Assembly: GCA_045534635.1 (NCBI GenBank)
Contig: JAZSKB010000014.1
Coordinates: 25,941 to 89,940 of the forward strand
Reading direction: 5' to 3'
Length of the DNA: 64,000 nucleotides
Source of the DNA: Bacteroidales bacterium
GTDB lineage: Bacteria; Bacteroidota; Bacteroidia; Bacteroidales; WCHB1-69
In this document: piece by piece, positions 20,279 through 28,645 of the stretch
How positions within the stretch are numbered: the stretch's first letter is position 1
How the letters are laid out: every line of letters begins with the position of its first letter
The notes under the pieces: model-generated
The model's database searches: none
Told to the model about the DNA's origin: nothing
Seen by the model: the letters and a program-made list of their open reading frames with translations, nothing else
Made by a program: the position numbers and the translations under genes

Positions 20279-21700
20279 TCAATTTTTAGGATTTAGTCCT
20301 AATTTTTTTGCCTCTTGAAGCATAAATTGATAACAACTATCATATTGATTTTCAATAATTCCATCTAAAATTGCCTCTCGAATAGCATTTTTTATAATCC
20401 CTACTTCTTTACAAGGAGGTAAATTGAATAGTTGCATAATCAATTCGCCACTAATAGGTGGCTGAAAATTACGAATACGGTCTTTTTCCTCTATTTCTTT
20501 CATTTTTTGCCGAACAAGTTCAAAATTTTTTAAGTATTTTAATACTTTTGTTTGATTTTTTGAAGTAATATCGGCTTCACAAAGTAACATTAAATCATCT
20601 ATATCATCTCCTGCATCAAAAAGAAGACGACGTATTGCGGAATCGGTAACTTCTTCTTCTACCAAAGCGATAGGTCGTAAATGCAATGAAACAAGTTTTT
20701 TAACATAATCCAATTTTTCGTTAAGTGGTAACTTTAAACTACGAAAAATTTTAACAACCATTTTAGAACCTATAAATTCATGTTGATGAAAACTCCAACC
20801 TATCCCTTTTATGTATTTTTTTGTAACTGGTTTACCTACATCGTGCAATAGTGCTGCCCATCGTAACCATAAATTGTTACTATTTATGGCAACTTTGTCC
20901 AAAACTTCCATAGTGTGATTGAATATTTCTTTATGTCCTTGTCCATCAATAACATCAACACCTTTTAATTGCGAAATCCATGGTAAAATTCTTTGTAAAA
21001 TATTACATTTATCCATAAGCATATAGCCTATAGATGGTTTTGATGAAAGCATTATTTTACGTAATTCATCTGAAATACGTTCTTTGGAGACAATATCTAT
21101 TCTATCGGCAACTTGTAAAATTCCTTTGAAAGATTCTGGGGCTATTGTAAAATGCAATTGTGTTGCAAATCGTATCGCTCTCATGATACGCAAAGGGTCA
21201 TCGGAAAAGGTTATCGCTGGGTCGAGAGGGGTACGAATAATCTTACGTTGTAAATCCTCTATGCCATTGAATGGGTCTATCAATTCTCCATAATGGTCTT
21301 GTGTTAAAGAAATTGCCATTGCGTTAATCGTAAAATCCCGTCGATTTTGGTCATCGGTAAGGGTGCCTTGTTCTACTTGCGGATTGCGGGAATTGTGGGA
21401 ATATGATTCTTTTCTTGCTCCTACAAATTCTATTTCGGCTCCTTGATAATGAAACATTGCTGTGCCAAAATTTTTAAAAAAAGACACTTGTTCTTTGTGT
21501 AGCCCTACCTTTTCCGCTACTGCTAATGCAAATTCTATACCTTTTCCTATAACAACTATATCTATGTCATTGTTATTTCTGTGCAAGAATATATCTCGAA
21601 CAAATCCGCCTACTACGTAAGCGTCTATATTAAGTTCACAACTCACTTGAGAGATGTGCTTAAAAATTGGGTGCCGAAGCCTATTTGCCAAATTCTGCAT
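20279..21700 (-). CDS. cca: CCA tRNA nucleotidyltransferase / poly(A) polymerase-family protein with HD domain
   Basis: 473 aa with the nucleotidyltransferase head GGFVRD..NDIDIV, the RRDFTINAMA motif, and HD (LLHDVGKP). Confidence 0.85.
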   Translation of the reverse strand: MQNLANRLRHPIFKHISQVSCELNIDAYVVGGFVRDIFLHRNNNDIDIVVIGKGIEFALAVAEKVGLHKEQVSFFKNFGTAMFHYQGAEIEFVGARKESYSHNSRNPQVEQGTLTDDQNRRDFTINAMAISLTQDHYGELIDPFNGIEDLQRKIIRTPLDPAITFSDDPLRIMRAIRFATQLHFTIAPESFKGILQVADRIDIVSKERISDELRKIMLSSKPSIGYMLMDKCNILQRILPWISQLKGVDVIDGQGHKEIFNHTMEVLDKVAINSNNLWLRWAALLHDVGKPVTKKYIKGIGWSFHQHEFIGSKMVVKIFRSLKLPLNEKLDYVKKLVSLHLRPIALVEEEVTDSAIRRLLFDAGDDIDDLMLLCEADITSKNQTKVLKYLKNFELVRQKMKEIEEKDRIRNFQPPISGELIMQLFNLPPCKEVGIIKNAIREAILDGIIENQYDSCYQFMLQEAKKLGLNPKN

Positions 21701-21711
21701 TCGTTTTTCTG

Positions 21712-21719
21712 CAAAGATA
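21712..21719 (-). promoter_or_regulatory. -7 box TATCTTTG (cca)
   Basis: TATCTTTGCAGAA on the minus strand, 11 nt before the ATG at 21700. Confidence 0.7.
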
Positions 21720-21756
21720 TAAAAAAATATTTAAATAAAGATAACTATATTTTATT

Positions 21757-21778
21757 AAAAAATTGTATTTTTGCAAAA
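21757..21778 (+). repeat. 22-bp direct repeat (duplicated promoter segment), left boundary of the accessory island
   Basis: aaaaaattgtatttttgcaaaa is identical to 25580-25601. Similarity continues (taaaaa) after a 4-A indel. Confidence 0.6.
21766..21773 (+). promoter_or_regulatory. -7 box TATTTTTG at the left edge of the accessory island
   Basis: TATTTTTGCAAAA inside the 22-bp direct repeat, pointing into the island. Confidence 0.55.
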
Positions 21779-21936
21779 TAAAAATTAACAGACTTGTATT
21801 TAACAAACAATAAATCACAACTATAGATATTTTGAAAATTAATACGAAAATAGCGGCGGAAGAAATGGTTTTGGAAAAATATGAGAAGGTGATGAAGGGG
21901 TTGATGGAGAGGTTGTTGGAAGAATAATATGGAATT

Positions 21937-22941
21937 ATGAATTTAAATGATGTAAAAATGTATCCGATTCACAAATTAGATGGAAATATCACACGTATTT
22001 TACAAAAGATTGTAAGTGCTGATATTAAAACAAATGTACTAAAAGGACTTCATAATGAAATAAAATATATTGACGAATGTTCTCATATCTCGGATGTTGC
22101 ATATATTAACGGAAATGGTAATAATGCACAAGTATATTTGTCTTCAGCGTTTTGTCAGTTTTTATGGCTTATTGATGATATTGCTTTAAAACAAATTGAT
22201 TTTAATATAATACAAGAAGAATGTTATAAAAACAACATTGATGTTGCTACATATAATAAAAGCACAAAATATCTTATAAAGAATCCAGAAGTTTTAAAAG
22301 TGTTAGCAAATAGATATGGGGTTGATTTCAACCAGTATTATGAATATTTGAAAAGAACCGTTCAACTTTTAGAAAAAAGTGAGTTTGAGAAAAGCATTAA
22401 AGACGATTTTAGTCTTGCTGGTTCTTTGCTTGATCCCAATAGTACTATCAACATGGCTGATTTTAATAAGATAAACATCAATGGCCTATATGAACAATTA
22501 GTAAATTCCGTTTATTGTTATGGAATATCTTTTATTCTTTTGCATGAATTGTCTCATTTCGAATTAGGGCATCTTGATAAAGATGAGCAAGAAATACAGG
22601 ATGAGGAAAATGCTGACTATGCTGCGTTTTGGAATATTTATAATGATTTAAAAGGCAGGGAATTATTTTCTGCAAATATTGGGATTCTTTGTGCATTATT
22701 TTCCTTATTGATGTTGAACCCTAAAATGGAAGATGATGGTGTTCACCCTAAAGAAAGTGACAGAATTTTTTCCATTCTTGATCAAGTTGGTTTTGATAAT
22801 TACAAGTATTCGGTGTTAGTGGATAAATTGTTTAAAATGTGGGCGATGTTCTATAAAATTCAAAACTTTCCAAATGTTGAGGATGATGTTGATAAATCTT
22901 TGAAACAAATTCGCTTATTTATGAATAATTATAGGGGTTGA
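21937..22941 (+). CDS. HExxH zinc-metallopeptidase-like protein (M78 ImmA/IrrE-like or Lit/U49-like)
   Basis: 334 aa with no signal peptide. Its single recognisable motif is ISFILLHELSHFELGHL followed by ENADYAAF. It lies inside the accessory island. Confidence 0.5.
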   Translation: MNLNDVKMYPIHKLDGNITRILQKIVSADIKTNVLKGLHNEIKYIDECSHISDVAYINGNGNNAQVYLSSAFCQFLWLIDDIALKQIDFNIIQEECYKNNIDVATYNKSTKYLIKNPEVLKVLANRYGVDFNQYYEYLKRTVQLLEKSEFEKSIKDDFSLAGSLLDPNSTINMADFNKININGLYEQLVNSVYCYGISFILLHELSHFELGHLDKDEQEIQDEENADYAAFWNIYNDLKGRELFSANIGILCALFSLLMLNPKMEDDGVHPKESDRIFSILDQVGFDNYKYSVLVDKLFKMWAMFYKIQNFPNVEDDVDKSLKQIRLFMNNYRG

Positions 22942-23032
22942 AGTGAAAAAAGATTACGTTGCCCAAATATATCAACATTGAGTATCTTTTTTAGAAAGAT
23001 ATCGCAAGATAAAGAGGTTAGTTAGCAAATAA

Positions 23033-24322
23033 TTGAGTATTAATTTTATTAAAGATATGAACGGAGTAAGTGACAAACGAGTCGAATTCTTAGACAACAT
23101 AATAACAGAGTACATTACTGCAATTTGTTGCATAAACGATTCTTTTTCGGAAATAAGCACTATTTTGACGCAAAAGAAGAATACTGCAAATAAAAGTATG
23201 GACTCTTTCATATTTAATTTGAAACCTGCGAATTCTGAAGATTTCTTTAATAAGCTTAGAAACAAGCCAAGTTATATCAAAAGGTACAAAACTTTTAGCA
23301 AAGATATAGAACGCTCGGAACAAGCGTCTAACATATTACCTCAAAGTCTTTTTATTTCTATCGTTTCTCAATTTGATGTGCTTATAGCACAATTGATTAA
23401 ATTTATATATTTGTATTCTGAAAACAAATTGTTAGAATCTGAAAGTCAAATATCTTTTAGAGAAGTGCTTCAGATAGGTGATATTGAGAAAATCAAAGAA
23501 AAATTCATTAATGATAGGATTGATTCTGTGCTGAGAGATTCTCATTCTGAACAAATCAAAACTTTAAGTAAATTAATAGGTGATGTCTCGTTAGACAAAG
23601 TTGATTTTTGGGGAGATTTTATTGAAATGACACAGCGTCGAAATTTGTTTGTTCATAGCAAAGGGGTTGTGTCTTCGCAATACATTAGCGAATGTAAAAA
23701 AGCTAATAAAAGCTTTGATATGCCAATTGGCTCCATGTTGAAGGTGGATGAAGAGTATTTCTATCATGCATTCTATGTATTTTTTTGTATGGGTGTTATG
23801 TTGTCACAAGTTATTTCAAGAGTGGTGTTGGGAGAACAATTGTTAGGAGAGATAGATAGTGTATTGAATAACGTAATATATGAAACAATTTGTGAAGGAA
23901 AGTATGATATTTCTATCAGATTATCACAATTTGCTACAGATAATACCACTAAGCACAGCAATAAACTAGATGAAAAGTATTTTATTTTGAACTATGCCCA
24001 AGCATATAAATGGAAAGGGGATAATAAAAAGTGTATAGAAATAATAGGCAAATATGACTTTAGTGAGACAAAAGAAGACATCCTCGTTGCTAAATACGCA
24101 TTAGAAGATGATATTGAAAATGTTGTAAAGTCTATGAAAACTATTGGAAATACTAGTGATATTATGAATGAAGTGGCTTATGCCACATGGGAGATATTCA
24201 AAGAAATGAGGCTGAAAGAAGAGTTTCAAAACGCTTTTGAAGAAATATTTCAAAAACCATTATATGATTCTGATGCAACAAGTATTGTAGAACAAACAAA
24301 AGATAAAATTGAAAAGTCATAA
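23033..24322 (+). CDS. HEPN-domain protein (predicted RNase/Abi-like) with a helical-repeat C-terminal extension
   Basis: 429 aa. The Rx4-6H motif is in the context FIEMTQRRNLFVHSKGVV, preceded by the SQFDVLIAQLIKFI helix typical of MAE_28990/Swt1-type HEPN. The start may be the ATG at 23057 (MNGVSDKR). Confidence 0.55.
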   Translation: MSINFIKDMNGVSDKRVEFLDNIITEYITAICCINDSFSEISTILTQKKNTANKSMDSFIFNLKPANSEDFFNKLRNKPSYIKRYKTFSKDIERSEQASNILPQSLFISIVSQFDVLIAQLIKFIYLYSENKLLESESQISFREVLQIGDIEKIKEKFINDRIDSVLRDSHSEQIKTLSKLIGDVSLDKVDFWGDFIEMTQRRNLFVHSKGVVSSQYISECKKANKSFDMPIGSMLKVDEEYFYHAFYVFFCMGVMLSQVISRVVLGEQLLGEIDSVLNNVIYETICEGKYDISIRLSQFATDNTTKHSNKLDEKYFILNYAQAYKWKGDNKKCIEIIGKYDFSETKEDILVAKYALEDDIENVVKSMKTIGNTSDIMNEVAYATWEIFKEMRLKEEFQNAFEEIFQKPLYDSDATSIVEQTKDKIEKS

Positions 24323-24326
24323 TTAC

Positions 24327-24367
24327 ATGTCTGAATACACCAACGTTGAACACCCCTTTCTCGAAAA
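24327..24367 (+). repeat. 41-bp direct repeat, left copy (ATG-initiated stub MSEYTNVEHPFLE..)
   Basis: atgtctgaatacaccaacgttgaacacccctttctcgaaaa matches 25527-25567 at 39 of 41 positions. Confidence 0.9.
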
Positions 24368-24388
24368 TTTCATTTCATCTGAAAAGTG

Positions 24389-24396
24389 TAATTTTG
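24389..24396 (+). promoter_or_regulatory. -7 box TAATTTTG (yhcG)
   Basis: TAATTTTGCAAAG, 37 nt before the ATG at 24434. Confidence 0.6.
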
Positions 24397-24433
24397 CAAA
24401 GTGAAAGAAGAGAATAAAATGTAAATCAGAAAA

Positions 24434-25507
24434 ATGAACCCAATAGACTCTGATAATAAAATTGTGTCACCGCTGTTGTCAAAATCTTTGGTAGAAGATT
24501 TGCGGCAGATTATAGAGCAGGCACGTGGGTGTGTGGCCGCAACGGTCAACAGCGAACTAACTATGATGTACTGGCACATTGGCGAGCGCATCAACCGCGA
24601 AGTACTTGGCAACCAACGAGCTGAGTACGGAAAGCAGATAGTCGCGACAGTGTCTCGACAATTGCAAGAAGAATATGGAAAGAAAGGATTTGAAGAGAGA
24701 ACAATCCGCCGAATGATGCAGTTTGCGGAAATCTTCCCCGACTTTCAAATTGTGTCAACACTGTTGTCAAAATTGTCGTGGTCTCATTTCTTGATAGTTA
24801 TGACAATCAAAGACGAATTGCAACGTGAATTTTATATTACGATGGCAGCATCGGAAAAATGGAGTGTGAGAACGCTTCAGGAGAAAATCGACGGTATGCT
24901 CTACGAGCGCACAGCCATCAGCAGCAAGCCCGATACACTTATCAAGCAAGAACTTTCGCAACTGCGCGATGAAAATGTACTCTCGCCCGATTTGGTTTTC
25001 AAAAGCCCCTACTTCCTTGAATTCACAGGTTTGAAAGGAATGTACAGCGAGAAGAGTTTGGAAGACAGTCTTGTGACTCATTTGGAGCAGTTTATCATTG
25101 AGTTGGGCAACGGCTTCAGTTTTGTCGCTCGTCAGAAACGGATGATTATCGACGGGGAAGACTTTTATCTTGATTTGTTGTTCTATCATCGTCGTCTGCA
25201 CCGTTTGATTGCTATCGATTTGAAGCTTGGCAGATTCAAGGCTCAATACAAGGGTCAGATGGAACTTTATCTGCGTTGGCTGGAGCAAAACGAGATGGAA
25301 CCAGGCGAGGAAACACCGCTTGGCTTGTTGCTCTGCACTGAAGGCGGCGAAGAACAGATTGAACTTCTGCAACTCGACAAGTCTGGAATCAAGGTCGCCC
25401 GATATATGACCGAACTACCGCCAAGAGAGGTTCTGCTGCGTCAAATTCAAAAATCATTGGAATCAGCAAAACTTCGAATTGAAAATAAAATCGATGCCGA
25501 AGAATAG
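24434..25507 (+). CDS. yhcG: PDDEXK nuclease-domain protein, YhcG/DUF1016 family
   Basis: 357 aa with an N-terminus (ARGCVAATVNSELTMMYWHIGERI) and C-terminal core (DLLFYHRRLHRLIAIDLKLGRF..GQMELYL) matching DUF1016. It is markedly more GC-rich than its neighbours. Confidence 0.8.
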   Translation: MNPIDSDNKIVSPLLSKSLVEDLRQIIEQARGCVAATVNSELTMMYWHIGERINREVLGNQRAEYGKQIVATVSRQLQEEYGKKGFEERTIRRMMQFAEIFPDFQIVSTLLSKLSWSHFLIVMTIKDELQREFYITMAASEKWSVRTLQEKIDGMLYERTAISSKPDTLIKQELSQLRDENVLSPDLVFKSPYFLEFTGLKGMYSEKSLEDSLVTHLEQFIIELGNGFSFVARQKRMIIDGEDFYLDLLFYHRRLHRLIAIDLKLGRFKAQYKGQMELYLRWLEQNEMEPGEETPLGLLLCTEGGEEQIELLQLDKSGIKVARYMTELPPREVLLRQIQKSLESAKLRIENKIDAEE

Positions 25508-25526
25508 TATTAATTGTACATTGCTT

Positions 25527-25567
25527 ATGTCCGAATACACCAACGTTGAAGACCCCTTTCTCGAAAA
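25527..25567 (+). repeat. 41-bp direct repeat, right copy (stub MSEYTNVEDPFLEKHNS*)
   Basis: atgtccgaatacaccaacgttgaagacccctttctcgaaaa lies exactly 1200 bp from the left copy. Confidence 0.9.
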
Positions 25568-25579
25568 ACACAATTCATA

Positions 25580-25601
25580 AAAAAATTGTATTTTTGCAAA
25601 A
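25580..25601 (+). repeat. 22-bp direct repeat, right boundary of the accessory island
   Basis: Identical to 21757-21778. It contains the TATTTTTG box serving the gene at 25613. Confidence 0.6.
25589..25596 (+). promoter_or_regulatory. -7 box TATTTTTG (secreted protein gene)
   Basis: TATTTTTGCAAAA, 16 nt before the ATG at 25613. Confidence 0.7.
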
Positions 25602-25612
25602 AAAATAAAAAA

Positions 25613-26485
25613 ATGAATAAGGTACTAACTATTTTGGTTATAATTTTAGGTTTATCATCTACGTTTGCCAATGAAAATAAACAGAAAAAATCACGAATGA
25701 TAGACAGATTTCGTTATGAAAAATATATTGACAAACCATTAAAAGAGGCTTCTTATGATATTAGTTCTGGAACAATAAAATTTAAATTATCTCTTTGGCA
25801 GGACAAAACCGCACAACCTAAAGAGTATAATTGTCAAATGGAATTTTCTCGCTGGCCAAATTATGATTGTTTATTGCCTCAGATTGCACTTACAATTGAA
25901 GATTCTATTCAGGTGATAATGGAAAAAGATTCTATTTATATATTTGATTCACAGAAAAATAAAATTAAATCAGGAGGATTTATAGACGCTTGTGATTTTC
26001 TTACAAAAAATCAATTTATTTCTTTCTATGCTTATTGGTATGAGTTTGTATATGGAACCGTTACAAATACAAATATTGTGAAAGATAAAAATTTTATTTC
26101 GACACATTTTGAAGTATTAGATGGAAATAAAAAGAAATCTTCTCTTAATCATACAGGTATTTATAATATTAATTATCATATAAATACATATTTCAATACT
26201 CCATTATTGCAAAAATACACATACGAACCATCCGCAAAAATGAAAGACAAATACAATTGCGAGAAAATACAATATGAACTAATCGCTTTTACTCCAAATG
26301 ACCTTTTAACAACATGGGCAAATGAAGACAAAGATAAAAAAAGAACTGTAATTATTTTGTTTAAATCCTTTACAAGATTACATACAATATGCAATAGTCG
26401 CACATATCATGAAACGATAACAGGATGTAATGATATGATACTTTTAGTTTTTGGAGAAAATCAATATCCAAAATTGCGACAATAA
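25613..26485 (+). CDS. secreted hypothetical protein
   Basis: The track ORF begins at TTG 25586, inside the TATTTTTG promoter box. The ATG at 25613 gives MNKVLTILVIILGLSSTFA, a signal peptide. No recognisable domain. Confidence 0.6.
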   Translation: MNKVLTILVIILGLSSTFANENKQKKSRMIDRFRYEKYIDKPLKEASYDISSGTIKFKLSLWQDKTAQPKEYNCQMEFSRWPNYDCLLPQIALTIEDSIQVIMEKDSIYIFDSQKNKIKSGGFIDACDFLTKNQFISFYAYWYEFVYGTVTNTNIVKDKNFISTHFEVLDGNKKKSSLNHTGIYNINYHINTYFNTPLLQKYTYEPSAKMKDKYNCEKIQYELIAFTPNDLLTTWANEDKDKKRTVIILFKSFTRLHTICNSRTYHETITGCNDMILLVFGENQYPKLRQ

Positions 26486-26498
26486 GAAATCTTTAATT

Positions 26499-28643
26499 CT
26501 ATTTTTTTATCTCCTCATCATCAAAAACTCTTGATAAAGAAATACGTTTTCTTCGTTCATCAACATCATCAATACGAACTTTAATTTTCTGATTGATTTT
26601 CATTATTTGATGAGGGTCTTTAATAAATTTTTTCCCCATTTTGCTCACATGCAACAATCCTTCTTGATGAACCCCAATATCTACAAAACAACCAAATGCG
26701 GCAATATTTACAACAACACCTTGTAAAATCATACCAATTTTAAGGTCGCTAATATCACGAATAGAATTGTCAAATTCAAAAAGATTGAATTGTTGTCGAG
26801 GGTCTCTTCCGGGCTTATCTAATTCGCTCATAATGTCGGTTAAAGTTGGCATACCGATTGTATCAGAAACAAAATCAGATAGTTTAACTTGTTGTCGGAG
26901 TTCTTTATTTTTTATAAGTTCACCAATAGTACAATGTACCGAAGTTGCCATTTTTTCTACAACGTAATAACTTTCAGGGTGAACAGCAGAAGTATCTAAT
27001 GGATTTTTTGCTCCAGCGATACGCAAAAAGCCTGCAGCCTGTTCAAATGCTTTATCTCCAAATCGTTTTACTTTTTTTAGTTCCGATTTTGAACGAAAAG
27101 CACCATTTTCACAACGATAATCAATAATATTTTTTGCTAACACAGGACCAATACCAGAAACGTATGCCAACAATTCTTTACTTGCCGTATTAATTTCAAC
27201 ACCAACAGCATTTACGCAACTGGAAACTGTTTCTGTTAGACATTCTTGCAATTTTTTTTGATTCACATCGTGTTGATATTGTCCAACACCAATAGATTTT
27301 GGGTCTATTTTTATCAATTCAGAAAGAGGGTCTATTAATCGGCGACCGATAGAAACAGCACCTCTAACTGTAATATCGTGATTAGGAAATTCTTCTCGAG
27401 CAATTTCGGAGGCAGAATAAACAGAAGCCCCATTTTCGTTGACCATAACAATAATAGGTTTTTGTTCAAAATCAACGTGTTTAATAAAATCTTCGGTTTC
27501 TCTTCCTGCCGTTCCGTTACCGATAGCGATTGCTTCGACAGCATATTTTTTTGCCAATTCACGAACGGTAGCATTGGCTTGAAAAACTTCAACTTGAGGA
27601 GGATGAGGAAATATTGCAGTATGTTCTAAAAGTTCTCCATGTTGATTCAAAACTACTACTTTGCAACCAGTACGAAAACCGGGGTCTATAGCCATAATAA
27701 CTTTTTCACCCAAAGGCGGAGCCAATAAAAGTTGACGAACATTATTAGAAAAAACGCGAATTGCTTCTTCGTCAGCTTTTTCTTTTGCTTGTTGTCGCAT
27801 TTCGGTTTCCATTTGAGGTTGTAGCAAGCGATGATAAGCATCTTCGATAGCGTCTGCCACTTGGTCTGTTGCTGCATTATCTCCTTTTAGATGAATACTA
27901 TCAATAAGTTCTAATGCCGTAATTTCGTCGGGAGCAATTTTAAGTTTAAGAAAACCTTCTTCTTCCCCACGAAACATTGCAAGAATACGATGCGAAGAAA
28001 CTTTTTTTAGCAATTCATTATTATTGAAATAGATAGTATATTTTTCACCTTCTTCTTCTTTTCCTGCAATTATTTTTGATGAAATTTCTCCTTTTGAAGA
28101 AAACAATTTACGCAATTTCGACCTTGTAAATTCATCTTCACAAATATTTTCGGCAATAATATCTCTTGCACCACTGAGAGCCTCCTCAACAGAATTGACA
28201 TTTTTTTCAGTATCAACAAATTGTTGAGCCAATTGCTCTACATTGATATTTTTTTGTTTGTAGATTTCTATGGCTAAAGGTTCCAATCCTTTTTGTCGTG
28301 CGATACTTGCTCTTGTTTTACGTTTTGGTTTGTATGGAAGATAAATATCTTCTAATTCTGACAAAGTAAGAGCATTTTCTATTTTGGCTCTTAATTCTGG
28401 GGTAAGTTTCCCTTGTTCGTGAATAGAATTAATGATAACAACTCGACGATTTTCTATATCCATCAGTTGTTTAAACCTATCTCTGATAGCAGTAATTTTA
28501 ACTTCATCCATACTGCCAGTTACTTCTTTGCGATAACGTGCAATAAATGGAATTGTAGCGTTATCGGCAAGTAAATCAAGAACATTCTTTACATGAATTT
28601 CTTGAAGGTTCAGTTCTTGTGCTATTATTTTTGCAAAATCCAT
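26499..28643 (-). CDS. tex: Tex-like transcription accessory protein (S1 RNA-binding)
   Basis: 714 aa with a Tex N-terminus (IAQELNLQEIHVKNVLDLL..ATIPFIARYRKE). It has a YqgF-like core, HhH motifs and a C-terminal S1 domain (GMILQGVVVNIAAFGCFVDIG). Confidence 0.9.
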   Translation of the reverse strand: MDFAKIIAQELNLQEIHVKNVLDLLADNATIPFIARYRKEVTGSMDEVKITAIRDRFKQLMDIENRRVVIINSIHEQGKLTPELRAKIENALTLSELEDIYLPYKPKRKTRASIARQKGLEPLAIEIYKQKNINVEQLAQQFVDTEKNVNSVEEALSGARDIIAENICEDEFTRSKLRKLFSSKGEISSKIIAGKEEEGEKYTIYFNNNELLKKVSSHRILAMFRGEEEGFLKLKIAPDEITALELIDSIHLKGDNAATDQVADAIEDAYHRLLQPQMETEMRQQAKEKADEEAIRVFSNNVRQLLLAPPLGEKVIMAIDPGFRTGCKVVVLNQHGELLEHTAIFPHPPQVEVFQANATVRELAKKYAVEAIAIGNGTAGRETEDFIKHVDFEQKPIIVMVNENGASVYSASEIAREEFPNHDITVRGAVSIGRRLIDPLSELIKIDPKSIGVGQYQHDVNQKKLQECLTETVSSCVNAVGVEINTASKELLAYVSGIGPVLAKNIIDYRCENGAFRSKSELKKVKRFGDKAFEQAAGFLRIAGAKNPLDTSAVHPESYYVVEKMATSVHCTIGELIKNKELRQQVKLSDFVSDTIGMPTLTDIMSELDKPGRDPRQQFNLFEFDNSIRDISDLKIGMILQGVVVNIAAFGCFVDIGVHQEGLLHVSKMGKKFIKDPHQIMKINQKIKVRIDDVDERRKRISLSRVFDDEEIKK

Positions 28644-28645
28644 TT

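Noticed and set aside
21830-21936. Short purine-rich ORF remnant (..AAEEMVLEKYEKVMKGLMERLLEE*) as a real gene
   Set aside because: It is only about 33 codons from the nearest upstream stop, with no start context. It is more likely the 3' remnant of a decayed gene at the island edge, so it is mentioned only as supporting evidence for the island.
22972-23323. Minus-strand ORFs 22972-23265 and 23090-23323
   Set aside because: They overlap the 5' part of the HEPN gene on the opposite strand. Their products are hydrophobic low-complexity sequences with no promoter box upstream.
24767-25372. 201-aa minus-strand ORF antisense to yhcG
   Set aside because: It is a shadow ORF allowed by the higher GC content of the imported yhcG gene. 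The sense frame has the clear DUF1016/PDDEXK signature.
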